From NCBI GenBank assembly GCA_016748015.1, contig JAAOMT010000372.1:558001-622000 (forward strand): DNA of 64,000 nt, given 5' to 3'. The number at the start of each line of letters is the position of its first letter. Positions within the stretch are counted from its first letter, which is position 1. This DNA is from Geosiphon pyriformis uo1. Taxonomy: Eukaryota > Fungi > Glomeromycota. The notes beneath the pieces were generated by a model. It did not search any database, was not told where the DNA came from, and saw only the letters and a program-made list of their open reading frames with translations. Positions 50,650-64,000 of this stretch are shown here, one piece after another. The position numbers and the translations under genes are program-made.

Positions 50650-53050
50650 TGGTTATTAATTATTTTAAATAATTATATAAATTATAAATTTTTTAATTAT
50701 AAAGAAACATATAAAAAATTAAAATAATAAAAATTATTTTTAAATATCTAATTTTTTTATATTACTTATTTTTTTTTCTAAATTTTTTAAGTATTTAAAC
50801 ATTTGTAAATAAAAAATTACTTGTCAATATTTATATATCTTATTTTTTTTGATTTAGATAACTGTTAATCTTAAAAATATATTGAATAAATATTTACTAA
50901 AAAATATAATTAATATCTGTTATTAATTTTAAGAATATTAACATAAAAAATAAAATTATACTATTGTGTTTATTTTTTGTTAACAGTACAAACTAATTTT
51001 TATCTTTGGATTTTTTTATTATTTTTGAAAAAATAACAACTAAGATATTTATAAAACTGATTTTACTTATTAAATTTTTATCAATTTAATTTATTCTTTA
51101 AAGCTAAATTACTCTTTAATTAATTTTATTACTATACAATATTGTTTACTTTTGCTATTTATTCGTTTGTTATACTAATTTGTAACAATATTATTATATT
51201 ATTAATTTTAAATATTAGATTAATAAAAAAGAAATTTAAAAAAAACTTTTCTTATATTTACAATTTCCCAAAGAAATTATTTTTTAAAGTAAAAGTTTTT
51301 CTATTATTGTTATAGTTTTTAATATTTAGTTTAATACTTTTATATTTTTTTATTTAATACAAAAATTATTATTAAATTTAATAATATTATGAGTTTTTAT
51401 AAAAATATTAAAAATTTAAATTTTGGTGTTATTGATAAATCTTTTTTTAAAAAAAAATAAAAAAGTTTTTTTTTAAAACTTAATAGCAATAATACTGGTT
51501 TTTTTTCTATTTTTATGTGATAAAATAACACCAAAAAAAACATCAAAAACATTAATGTAAAAAATAAAAGATTTATTAAAATCAGATTTAAAAATATTAA
51601 ATGCTTTTTATTAAAAAGTATTTCAATAATAATTAAGATTTTTCTGTAAAAAATAATTAAATAAATGTGCAATTTTAGAGAAATTTTTAATAAACTTTTA
51701 ATAATAAAAAGCTAATTTATAGAAAGATTATAATTCAAAAATATTTATTAATTATTTGAACTTTTATATTTTTTTTACTTTTGCTAAATCCGAAAAAGTT
51801 TTATTTTTTATTACAAAATAACTTAAAAATTGGATAAACTGTTATTTGAAAATTTATTTAATAAGATTAATTTTGAGTTTGGCATATTTTAAGAAGATTA
51901 AAAACTTTTTGAAATTAATTTAAATGTTTATTTCAAGTTTTTGAATACATAATTATATTATCAAAATATATGAAAACAAAGTTCTAATATTTTGATCTAA
52001 ACACTTTATTTATCAAGCTTTAAAATATAGATAAAGCATTTGTCAATTTAAAAAACATTACTGTGTTCTATATTTTATAATAAATATAAATTTTTTTTGT
52101 TAGCAAGATCTATTTCTGTTTGCTAAAATTTAACAGTTAAATTATTTATAATAAAATAAGCTAAGTCTTTAAATTAATTAAAAATATTGTCAACTTTTAA
52201 AAAAAAAATACATGTTTTGTTTGGTAATTGTATTAAGCTAATAATAATTAATATAAAATTAGAAAATTTTTTCTTTTTTAAATATCATTACAACAAAAAA
52301 TATTTATTTATTTTTGGTTTTTTGTATAAATCTAAGTTATTTTATCTAATCTATTTTTTTTAATAACTTATTATTTTATTAATTTGATTAGTAAAATTTC
52401 AAGTAAATAAGTCGAATATTTTGTGTTTTTATTATATATTAGATAAAATTTGTTTGGCCAAAATGTTTTTTTTTTGATATTATTGATTTGTTTTATATTA
52501 ACAGATTTTTAATATTAATTTTTTGATCTTTTTTTTTAAGTTTTTTTGTTTGATTATTAATAATTGAATTTTTGCTACTTTTTTTTCAAAAATTTTTTGT
52601 ACTGCTTTGATTTTTTTATCAGAAATTAAATTAATTAGTTCCCAATTTTTGAAAAAAAACAAACATAATTTGTATTTATTGCTTAAAAAATAAAAAAATA
52701 ATAATTGTATCAGATTAATGTTATTTAAACTTATGAAAGTTTTTGATAAAAGTTTAGTTAAATTAAATAATCAGACTGATAAATTAATTAAAAATTTATA
52801 ATTGTATAGATATTTTAAATTTTTAATTAAAAAAAGTATATAATTAAAACTATAATAATTTGTTTATTTTATAACACTTTTTGAAAATTTGTAATTCTTT
52901 AAAATAAAATAGCAGAATTTTAATAAATTACATAAAATAATTAAATAACTAAAAATTTATTTTTTATTTTATTAATAATAAAAATAATAACTATCATAAT
53001 ATAATTGTTTATTATTTTTGAATTTATAAAAGAATTTAGTATAAAATATT
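50650..53050 (-). mobile_element. Heavily decayed Ty3/Gypsy pol remnant (RT-RNase H, partial IN)
   Basis: Minus strand VMFFKLTNALSIF (= VMPFGLTNAPxTF, ~52027-52065), IMYSKT*NKHLN*FQKVFNLLKYAKLKIN (~51865-51955), HLIFLNLILINLLFF region = APILxYPDF (~51570-51605). Boundaries approximate; similar AT-rich repeats at ~50500-50660 and ~54030-54170 may be its LTRs. Confidence 0.55.
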
Positions 53051-55458
53051 ATAATAAAATAAATTGTAAAAAAAAAATAGTAATTTAAAAAAAAAAAAAT
53101 AGCAATATAAATTAATTTCACATGAGAATATATATTAATATTTTATTTAATAGTTTAATAAATTAATGAGTAAATGGATTATAGTTTTTAGACTTTATAA
53201 AATTTATTCTGTTAATATAACTTAATATAATTTATAATTAACATATTCAAATATTAACCAATATATATATTAGTGAGTTTTTCTCTTTTTTCGAAATATT
53301 TGATTACTGGTATACAATATATTTACTTTGGTATTAAGTTTTGGATTGCAGATTTTAATTGTAATTATAATTAACTAATAATTTATGAATGTTTAGAGTT
53401 TTCACATAAAAATTAATATAGTATTTTTATTATAATATAATTATGTTCCCTTTTTTGGATTTTTTTTATTTTAAAGCTCAAGCTTACAACACAAATTTTC
53501 GAAAATTTAATTTAATATAATAAAAATTATTGTTTTTTAAAAAATTCAAAAAAAATATTTTAATGTTTTTTAATTATAAAAATTATTATATTGAGTGAAT
53601 TTATTTGAAAAGTGAAAATATTCTTTATAATTCGATTTAAAATTATTATTTGAGGTTTATTAATTAAAACTAAATAATTTTAATGTTGTTTATTTTTGCA
53701 AAAATTTTAATATTAAAAAATTAAGATTTAAAAATATTCAGGAATTTTGGCAGATAACATTTTTTTCTGCGTTTTTAATAATAATATATATATAAATTTT
53801 TATAATATAAAATTTCTAAAATTCCTAATATTTTTAATATTTTTTTTAAGTTAACATTAAAATTTCTGACATTTCTAGAATTTTTAATATTGCATAATTT
53901 GTTAATTTTTATTTTGTTATTGGTTAATTTATACTATATTTAATTATTACTTATTTTTTCAAATTACTTTATAAGTAACAATAATTAAAACTTTTACTTT
54001 TTAGTTTTATTTATTTACTTAGTTATAGTTAGTTATATGTATTAACTATTAATATTATTAATTAGTCATCTTATTAAAATTAATTATTAATATAATATTA
54101 ATTTAAGCAGTAATATAATTATTAACTTAATTATTAAATTATTGATATAATTATTGGTTTTAATTATTAAAATATTTACAGTTAAAATAGTTTTATTAAT
54201 TTATAAGCAAAATTATAAAAAATTAATTTTTAAGTTATTAAAATATTTATAAATAAGTTGTTAAAAAATTTGAATTTACTAAAAGTTATTTGTAATATGG
54301 TAATATATTTAGTTGATTTGAATATAAAAAATAGAATTAAAGTTCAAAAATTGTTATTTTTAATTTTAATTAGATTATAAACTTTAGTTTTAATTATAAA
54401 GTACATTTTAGAATCTAATACAATAAAAATTTATTTAGATAATTAAACAGTTTTAGATATTTATAATATAAAATATTGCTTAATAATTTTTGAATTTTGT
54501 AACAACTATTAAATTAAAAGACAAGATATAACTAATTTAATTCAAAATGAAAATATTTTAACAATTTGGTCAAAAGTTAAAAGATATTTTAAAAATAAAA
54601 AAAATAAAAAAAATAAAAAATAAATATAATATCTAAAATAGCAGCATTTTTATTTTTTTATTTCTGTTTGTAAACAATATATTTAGACAAATAACTTTGT
54701 TATTTTAAGAAATATTTATTATTTTATTAAGAAAATTTACATATTTATATAGTGTATTTATTGAAAATTAATAATTGATTTAAAAGTAATAACTAGTTTA
54801 CTTATTTATAATATAGATAAAAAGTACATAACAATAATATAATATTCTTATTTATATATGTTTACAGATTATACAAATCAATTTTTTGCTAATTTATAAA
54901 CTTATTTAATAAAAGCTATATATATAAAACTGTTAATAACAATTAAAAAATAAATTTATAATAAGTGCTATTCAGATATTTAATATTTATATTGTGTAAA
55001 AATAGAATTTTTGAATTATGTTTAAGTAATATAAATATTTATAAAAAAATTATTACAGAATATATTAATTGGTAAAAAATTTTGATTAACACTTATGCTT
55101 TATTGTTAATTTGTATATAATTGTTTATAAAAACATAGTTTAAAAAAATAATATAATAAAACTATTTTGGTTTTTAATAATATTAGAAAAATAATTAGTG
55201 TTTTAGTAAATTTTGTTTATAAATTAGTTATTTACTATAAAAATAAAATTTATTTATATAGATTTAAATACAAAAAAATAATAAAGAAAAGTAGTTTAAT
55301 AAGTAATAATATTATTATTTTATATTTTCAAAGTGATTTTTTTGTCAAGTTATCAATAAAAATAGTATATATATTTAGAATTATTAAAATATTTGCAATT
55401 AATTTTGGTTTGTATAAATCTTGTTTTTATTTAATTCTGAATAATAATATATTAGTAT

Positions 55459-56325
55459 TGTTATTTAAATAAAAAAACTGATTAAAAATAGTTAAAAAAC
55501 ATAATTATTAAATAAGAACATAAAATAATATAAAATAATATAAAATAATGCAAAATAATATAAAATAATACATAATAACACAAAATAACTAATAATAATA
55601 TAAAATAATTAGTAAAAATATAAAAAAATAAAATAATAATCAATATAGTAAATAATAACTAATAATAATAAACAATTAAAAAAAATCTTATAAACTAAAA
55701 AATATGTATAAAAACAAGTAATTTTAGCAAAAAAAAAAAAGAAAAAAGAATTAAATTTATATTAATTCATATTTTTAGCCTTTAGCCTAACTTTTTATTT
55801 TACTATTTTTTATATATTTTTATTAAATTAAAATACTATTATCTAATTTTTAAAACATTTATAAATTTGAAATTTTTTGTAAAAATTTAATACCAGATAC
55901 AATTTGTATAAATGTCTTTAAAACTTTAATAATTTGGATCAATTATTTTTAATTACAATAATTAATAAAATATTAATTTATTTTTTAAGATTTTTTTTTT
56001 TTCTTAAAAAGTAACAATATTAAAAATCAACTGTTTTAGAATTTAACTTTGTAATAGTCTGATAAAAAAAAAAGCTTTTTTTAATATTGAATATTAATTT
56101 TATTTTGTTAGCTTATTAGAAAGGTAAAAAAACAATATTAAACCTTAGTGATTATGATTAATTAGCTCAAAAAACACCACTATAATAACAGTTAACTTAT
56201 TGTTTTTGTGCTTTATAATTAAAAAACTCAACAAATAAAGCTTTAAACAAAATAGATTTTTAAAAACTGATAGACTTATACACAAAAAAAGTCATTTATT
56301 TAAAAGACTATATGTTTCTTATAAT
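55459..56325 (+). repeat. Solo LTR related to element A LTRs
   Basis: Begins TGTTATTTAAAT; colinear blocks shared with 936-1924 (e.g. TAAACTAAAAAATATGTATAAAAA, TTGTTAGCTTAT, AAAAAACAATATTAAACC); no internal domains follow; right end approximate. Confidence 0.75.
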
Positions 56326-57740
56326 TCAATTACAAACATCAAATGTTATGATACTGCTCTATTAAGAATATTTATAACAGTATATATAATTAAATAAAAT
56401 TGTTTTAATTAATTTAAATGGCTAAATATATATAAAAAGTGTATAAATTGTAAATAATTAAATCTTATTTATTAAGTATATAAAAATAATAAAAATTATC
56501 TGTTTTTTATTTATTTTTAGTTATTTGAAAAAAATTTAAAAATTTTTAATTAATTAAATTTGTATTATTTAAATTATTTTATAAAATTATAAAATTATAT
56601 ATTTAAGCAAAATTTTATATTTTGTTATTATTATTGTTGTTGTTATTATTGCTTTTATAAAAAACTAAAAAAATTATATTATTATAGATATCCTAAACAA
56701 ATAACACATATTATTATTGATAAGGTATAAAAATAAAGTAAATAACATATTTTAAAGTTAATAAACGGAATTACAAAATAAAATCAATAAGAAATATAAT
56801 TTAAAACATAAAAAAAAGAGAAAATTAGTACTAGCAAATTAATTAAGCATTTAGCTAGTTATTTTTGGCGAATGTAAAATATCCAAATTATTTTTTATTT
56901 AGTTAAATATTTTTTAATCAAAGTAAATAACATTGTAAAAATACAATTATTTATTAAAAGTTAAGAAAAAAGCTTTTAAAATTAAGTTTAACTCTTAAAA
57001 AATAATATCTTACAATAAAATATAATTTTTTTAATAAATTAAATAAACAACAAGATGTTTTTGTTTTAATTATTATTTTTTTGGCCAAAATTTTTAACTT
57101 TAAAACTCTATAAAGTTAATGAATTTGAATTATTAATCTCTGTTTAAATTTGATGATGTTTTAATTATTAATTTGAAAATAGATTTTGTTTTATTTTCTA
57201 GTTTTTTTCAATTACTGTTATAATTAAATTTTAATTTAATAAAACTTATATTTCTTATTTTATTTAATGTTTTAGTATTTAAGTTATAACTTGATTATTA
57301 TTTAATTTTTGATCAAATTATTGACTGAATTATTTATTTTTTTATTAAATTTATAAAAATATCTTTCAAAACTATAAAAAACCTTAATCATAAATTTTAA
57401 ATTTTTTTTCTAGTTTGTAATTTTTAAACTGGTTTTGGCAAATGTAATTAAAAAATACCAAAAAATAATAAAAAAGATAAAATTTTTATAACAATTTGAA
57501 AATGTTAATTTTTTAATACATTAATATGATAATGAAATTTAAATTAAGTTTTCAGTGAAATTATTCAAATATTATAGCTAATAAAATTTACTTAATCTAG
57601 ATTCATTGATTAATTAAAAATTAATTTTAATAAATTCCAGATTATTTTCTAATTAATTATTTTAAAATAAAAATAAACCAAATTTTTTACATATTGCAAA
57701 GTCTTAAAAATTAACAAAGCTACACTTATTAAAGCAGAAA

Positions 57741-57801
57741 AAAATAAGCAACCCTCTACGTTATCAATTTTGAATCGAATTTGAGGCGGGTTGCTTATTT
57801 T
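57741..57801. repeat. Perfect 14-bp inverted repeat with 33-bp spacer
   Basis: AAAATAAGCAACCC (57741-57754) / GGGTTGCTTATTTT (57788-57801). Confidence 0.8.
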
Positions 57802-59213
57802 CGGTATTTAAAAGTTTCGACTAAAAAATCAAATATAATTTTATCAAATGATAGTGTAATGCTCAAATCGTTAATTTATATTGAATTCTAGTTCTAATAT
57901 GCATTCATTGTAAGTTTGAATTTAACATATTGAAATGGTAAATTAGCCTGGTTTAAAGAGAAACCAGAACCTAGTTTTCTTATTAATTAATTCTAAAAAG
58001 TCTTACAAATTATCTTCAATTGTTCCTATTAACAGAGTATAAAATAAAGCTTTATTAGTGTTTTTAATATCTTAAATAAATTTGTTTATATTGGCTTTAG
58101 TCGCACAATTTGCATTTTTTTCAATTAGAATAGATTAATTAAATGTTAAAAAATTTGTCTAATCTTAATTATTGAACTCTATCAATGCTTTTTACTATAG
58201 TTTTACCAATTGTATTTTAATTAACTTAATAATATCAAATTTGAATAATACAGTATATATAGTCTTTATTAATATTTTTACAAAATTATTTTTAAATATT
58301 ACAGTCTAATTTGTGCAAATATTTATTGGTTTTTTAAGATTGATATTTATTACTATATTATTGTTATTAATTATATCTGCAGTTTTTATTATATTAGATT
58401 TAGAAATAAAAATCACACAAACTATTATACCAAGTTTTAAAAAAATAAACACTCTTCCAAACCTATTTACATTTGAAACAATTTTCTAATTATTTTTAAT
58501 TTATCTTAAGATAATTTGCCATTAATTACTAAAAAATTTATATTTAAGGCAAAAAAATTTTTAATAAGAAATATTATAAAAAGCTTTAATAATAAAAATA
58601 AAAACAAATTCAAATATTATAATAGATTTTATAAATTTAAGAAAACTTTAATACATTTAATTATAATAGTAGTATTAAAAAGAATTGAAATATAAATTTT
58701 ATATAAAAAGCTGAAAATTGTTTTTAATTATTAATTTTATATTAATAAAATTATATAATAATATTAAATATTAAATAAATATTTTTTATTCAAATTTTTT
58801 TAATAATTAATAATTGTTTTTTAAATATTAATAAAATCAATAATAATAACAAATTCTTAAACAAAATAGATAATATTATTGATTAAAAAACTTTTTATTA
58901 TTAAAAAAATTAGATTTTAAAAACTTTATGTTTAACTGATTCAAAATAGTAATTAATTTTATGAGCAAAATTAACTCAATTAACATTTTTTTTGATGTAA
59001 TTTTTTATTTATTACTTATGTTTAAAACTAATAAACAATTAATAAATAAATTAACAATAAATTTTACATAATTTTTGGAATTTTTAATTTAATTAATTTA
59101 AAAAAATTAAAAACTTTAATATTAGTTTTGATTTAATTAATAACAACAGTTTTAATATAATCAAAAATTTTAAAATTAAGACTTTTTATTATATTATTAA
59201 TTTAAATAACAAA

Positions 59214-62200
59214 TTATTATTATTATTATTATTTTTACAAGTGCAACCCAATTGTTATTTAGTATATAAAACCAGATTAAATAACTTAAATTAAATGCAA
59301 TTCACACTTTTATTACATATAACCAGTTACTTAGACCAAATAAAACAATATTACATATTTATATAAACACATATATTATTATTTAAACTAAAAAAAATAT
59401 ATAGTCTGTATTTACCAAAATCTACTATAAAAAATTCAATAATACTAAACAACCAAACTATTTTATTTAATAATACAGCCATTATATTACAAGACAAGCT
59501 TAATATTAAAACATTATTTTTAACCAACTCAGTTTTTTTTATATCTATCTTATATCTAAATTTTATGAGCTATAACTTTAAATAATGTAATTTTACTAAT
59601 TGTTTAACATACTTAACAGCAATAAAAACAGTCTTTCTTCTTTTATTAAAAATTACAACAGTCTCTATATATCAATTTTTTAGCACAAATTTCTTATAAA
59701 CCATTATATACAAGTCTATATCTAATAAATACATAGAAAGAGTTTTTAAAACAGCAAAAATAGAAAAAATACAAACACTTATCAACAAAACCTATTGTTT
59801 AAAAACTTTGGCCAAAATTTTTTTGTGAATACTATTATTCTTAATATAAATAAAAACATAGTCCAGCAGTTCTATTTTACTACACAGTAAATACAATATA
59901 TTCAAATATATTTTGTCATATAATTTTTTTTTAATTATTATTGGTAGCTATTTATATATAACTTTTATTAAATATGTGTATAATTGACAAATTTTTTTCT
60001 GAAAAACTTAAAAAGCATATGTAAATTAAAGTGTTATATTTTACAATAGTTAACCAATTCACTTTTTTAATTAACACACTTGAAATTATATTATAATTAG
60101 AACTAGTTTTCTAATAAATACAATAAATAGATCTATACAAATTACAAATAAAATAACAAGTATTGTTAAATACAACTGTGTTTTCAGTCATCAAAAAATG
60201 TTTATACATTCCAATTAACAAAGATAAAAAAGAATAAATAGTTTTATCTGTTATTATATTAGTTTTTAATATTGTTTAGAATTCTTAAACAATTTTTAAT
60301 CTTTATTTATTTAACCAAAAAAATTTTATTTCTAATTAAATTAGCAATATGCTTTTTTTTTTACTTAACATTAATTATAAAAGTTCAATATAGTAAACAA
60401 AACTTTAGATATATATATATTAATAGCAATCTGGTTATCTAGATGCAAAATTATTATACAAAAAAATAAAACATATTTTAAGAATAAAACAACAATCTGT
60501 AATTTAACAATTGTAAAAAACAAAAATCTATATATCTTAACACCAATATTCATATTTACAGCTAAAAAATAAGTTATTGCTCTATTAGTGACTTTAACAG
60601 AACCAGTATTTTTTAAAAATCTATCTGTATATATTTTAATAGTACTTAATTAAATTTTATGCAGACATTTTTACATGTCAAAAAACTTTTTAGAATTTAA
60701 AATATTTAAGTTATGTAATCTGTCAATACTAATAAAATTAATTATTAAGAAGTTTTATCACACAAAAACTTTAATATCTTAAACTAATAAGACATAAAAC
60801 ATTTAAAATTCAATTTTTTTTATTAACAAAACATTTTTTAGTTTATTATATTATTTTTTCTGTTTAAAAATTTGTTATTAAATACAATCTCAAATTTTTC
60901 CAAAAAACAAGCTGAACTATGATACAAAAACTTTTTCAAAATATTTAATATTAGAAACTTATTAAGATTATAAATCATATTGGACAAATTGTTTATTAAA
61001 AATAAATTATTGCTCAAAAAATTCTTACCACTTTAGCCAAAAAATTGTTTATTAAACTAACATATAACTTGACAAAAAATTGCAAAGAATTCAAAAAATT
61101 CCATCTTAAAATCTGCAAATTCAAGAATCTGTAATCAAATAAATACTCAAAAATGCCTAAAATATTAGAAAAAATAATTATTAAAGCCAATTTTTTTTAG
61201 ACTGCATTTGCTTAAAAGACTTTAAACTATACAAAAAAGAATAATACAAAGTTTTATTAAAAAAATTATGTAACAAATTGGTCTTAGTCTTAAAATTTCT
61301 TTTGATTATTATGTTTTATTTATAATATATACTTAATAAAATAAAATTAAACTATAATTTATAGTTAACTATAAATTACAAAACAACTAATATTAAATAA
61401 AAAAATTGTTTATCTGTAATTGTCTTTTTTAATATCACATTGGCAAAAAACCTGATATTAAAATAAGCTTAAGCTATATTAAGCTTAAAAAAATTCTTAA
61501 TTAATAAAAAAATCCTTAAATATCTATGTAATTCATTTTTTTTAACAATCAAAATCAATAAGTTACTAATTATTAGTAAGACAATTTTGATATTTTAATT
61601 AATAAAAATGACCATAGTTTTCTTATTATTAATTGAAATATCATTAATATTAAAAAACTTATTAGCAATGTTCAAAATATATTGTGTAAAAGTTTGGCTA
61701 CTTTTGATCTAATTATGTTATTAATAAAGATATTTATAGTAAAAAATAATGTTCTCTTTCTACTACTCTCTATTTTGCTAGTTTTAATTATAAACTTAAT
61801 ATCAATTTGGTATTTATACAAGTGTTTATGTTTTTTAATCTTATACAAAAAAGAATCATAAAAAATTCTTCAAAGAAAAAAAAATCTTATTCTAATTTAA
61901 TTTATCATATACTCTGTAACTATTTGAAAGCCCAAAATTTGTTATTACTTTATTAATTCTGTTCCTATATATATTACCAAAGAATTCAACAAATTGATTA
62001 CATATTTTGATATATTATAAACTAACTTTTAGATAATATTACTTTATCAAGTTATAAGCTTTGTGCATATTCTATAAAATCAACTAAAGCTCTTTATTTT
62101 TTTCCAGAATATTTTTAATTATTAATTCAATAGTAAAAATAAAAAACTGAGTTGAAATATTTTTTAACACCAAAAAATTATTATTATAAAGAATACCAAA

Positions 62201-64000
62201 TCTGTTACATGCCAAAAAAATTTGATCAAAAAGAATTTTAGACAAAATTTTTTTAGCTGTTTTAATTAATATAATAGATTAAATGTTTATTAAAATACCA
62301 TTTTATTTATAAAACTTGAGAATCATCGAAACTTACATCTTTTAAAAAACCAGAACATTGTTTAAAAACAAACAAGAATTTAACAAAACCAAAAAGCACT
62401 TTATAATAACTTTATTATAATGTTTTTAAAACTTATTTAATATTCTAAACAGTCTAATAGTTTTGTTATCAAGCAAATTATCAACTACCAAAACCAATTC
62501 TTCTATGTTAATTTTTTTTATTATATTAAAAAAAATATTATTATTTATATAGTCTAAGAATATATATTGACAAGACCAAAGATCAAACATTTTTAAAAAC
62601 ACAAATTGCTTCTTTGTTTATTTTTTCATAATTTTATTAACTTTAAGCTTTATTTTATTTGGTTTTACAATTAATTTTCTTCAATCACTAAATGATTCAA
62701 AAAAATCTTATAAAAAAGCTGTTCCAAAATATTTTTAATCATATATTTCTTGTTAGAACAAAAATTTTTCATATGTTGTTTAATTATCTTTTTGATAGAT
62801 TTATTTTTAAACATTTTTAATTTATAATACTTAGATTTTTTGTATTTTTTTCTAATTACTAATAAATGTTTAATAATATTTATTATTTTTATACTATCTT
62901 TAATTATGTTGTTAATTTTAAAAATTTTAATATTATTAACAATTAACCAAGTTTTAACAAAATACTTAAATTTTAAAAAATTTCCTAAGTTTAACTTCTT
63001 AACAATCTTAGCAATAAGCAGTTTTAATTTGAAAAATTTTGATAATTGCTTGTTTTTTAAGCAATAATACTTATTATATCAATGTCTAAAAAATATTGTA
63101 TTAGCAAAATATACTAAAATTTGTCTTAATACCTTCTATATTGTATCTAAGTTATTAAAATTTTTTGTTTCTTCAAACATATTTGATACTATTAACAGTT
63201 TAATAAAAAAACATTTCTTAAAATATGTTTATTTGATTTTATTTGCATCTTTAATCTTAAATTTTTATTGATTTTTATTGGCTTATTTATAAATACTATT
63301 AAAACAAACATTTAAAAAACCATCCAAATTAATTACAACTAAATCTGTTTTGTAATTTGTATTAAAAAACTCAAATATAATATTAACTCTATAATTTGCA
63401 ATTGCAGATACAAGATTTTTGTTCATAAAAATATAATTTATGATTTTTTTAATGTCTCTAAAATTGCTTTAAATAAAAATCTTAATTATTAGATGCCTAT
63501 TAAATAAATTAATCAAACTCTAATCTAAACAAAACTTGAAACTTACACTCTTTTTGAATTTATTTTTATTAAAATCTGTATTTAAGATTATAAAAGTATT
63601 ATAATTAACAGATTTAGCAATAAAAAAATTAATTTTTAATGTTTGCTTAAATCTGGTCTTAATAAAAACACCAATATACAAACTTAAAACAATAACTAAG
63701 AGCCTATTCTTAAACAAAAAACAGATTAAAATAACTTTACCCAAAATTTTGTTAACTTTTAAAACCTAATAAGCCAAAAAACTATTCATAATAACTACTA
63801 CATTAGTATCAAAAAAACTTATATTCAAACTAAACATAAAAATTCAAATTTTATCAAACTTATTTATAATTTATAACTTGATATTAAAATTCAATTTAGT
63901 TTTTATGATAATAGAAATCATATTATCTAAACTTTTATGTCAATAAATAACATTTTTTTGTTTTATAAAAACATTAATATTTCTAATATTATATGTAGCA
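59214..64000 (-). mobile_element. Degenerate non-LTR (LINE) retrotransposon ORF2: APE endonuclease - RT - RNase H - CCHC, with (TAA)n 3' tail; 5' part outside window
   Basis: Minus strand ATYNIRNIN (= ATCNVRGIN) at the window end; L*NMHKAYN (= LQDMxKAYD, ~62053-62080); IFINNII (= AFVDDTI, ~61712-61735); YTDRFLKN (= YTDGSLKN), VKLQIV (= AELQAV), LDNQ (= DSQ) at ~60425-60635; ILYLLCSKIELLDYVF (= CxxC..DH, ~59855-59905); TAT repeats at 59214-59233. Confidence 0.8.

Noticed and set aside
54200-55450. Possible MULE/hAT transposase fragment
   Set aside because: One suggestive motif (xDIxHLYCV) only; insufficient evidence.

Overview
Eukaryotic (fungal) genomic DNA with two sharply different compartments. 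(1) A gene island at ~30.0-48.2 kb with normal CpG content and five intron-containing genes: a hypothetical PB1-like-domain protein, GH38 alpha-mannosidase AMS1, EAF3/MRG15, a Cue1-like TM+CUE protein and an FHIP/RAI16-like protein. (2) Flanking, extremely AT-rich DNA (1-30 kb and 48.2-64 kb) made of transposable elements destroyed by dense C->T / G->A transitions. Reversing those transitions resolves 1-26.2 kb into three nested Ty3/Gypsy LTR retrotransposons: outer element C, interrupted by B and A. Each carries a dUTPase between protease and RT. A and B also share an unexplained Cys-rich pol insert and an extra ORF after integrase. B contains a clean 2.6-kb inversion with one breakpoint in its 3' LTR. 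The right flank holds a further Gypsy remnant, a solo LTR and an EN-RT-RNaseH-CCHC LINE. Gene style and TE families suggest a Glomeromycotina/Mucoromycota fungus, Geosiphon-like (inferred from remembered protein motifs, not from a search). All TE protein sequences quoted are manual back-mutated reconstructions. Most short ORFs in the supplied track in AT-rich regions are noise.
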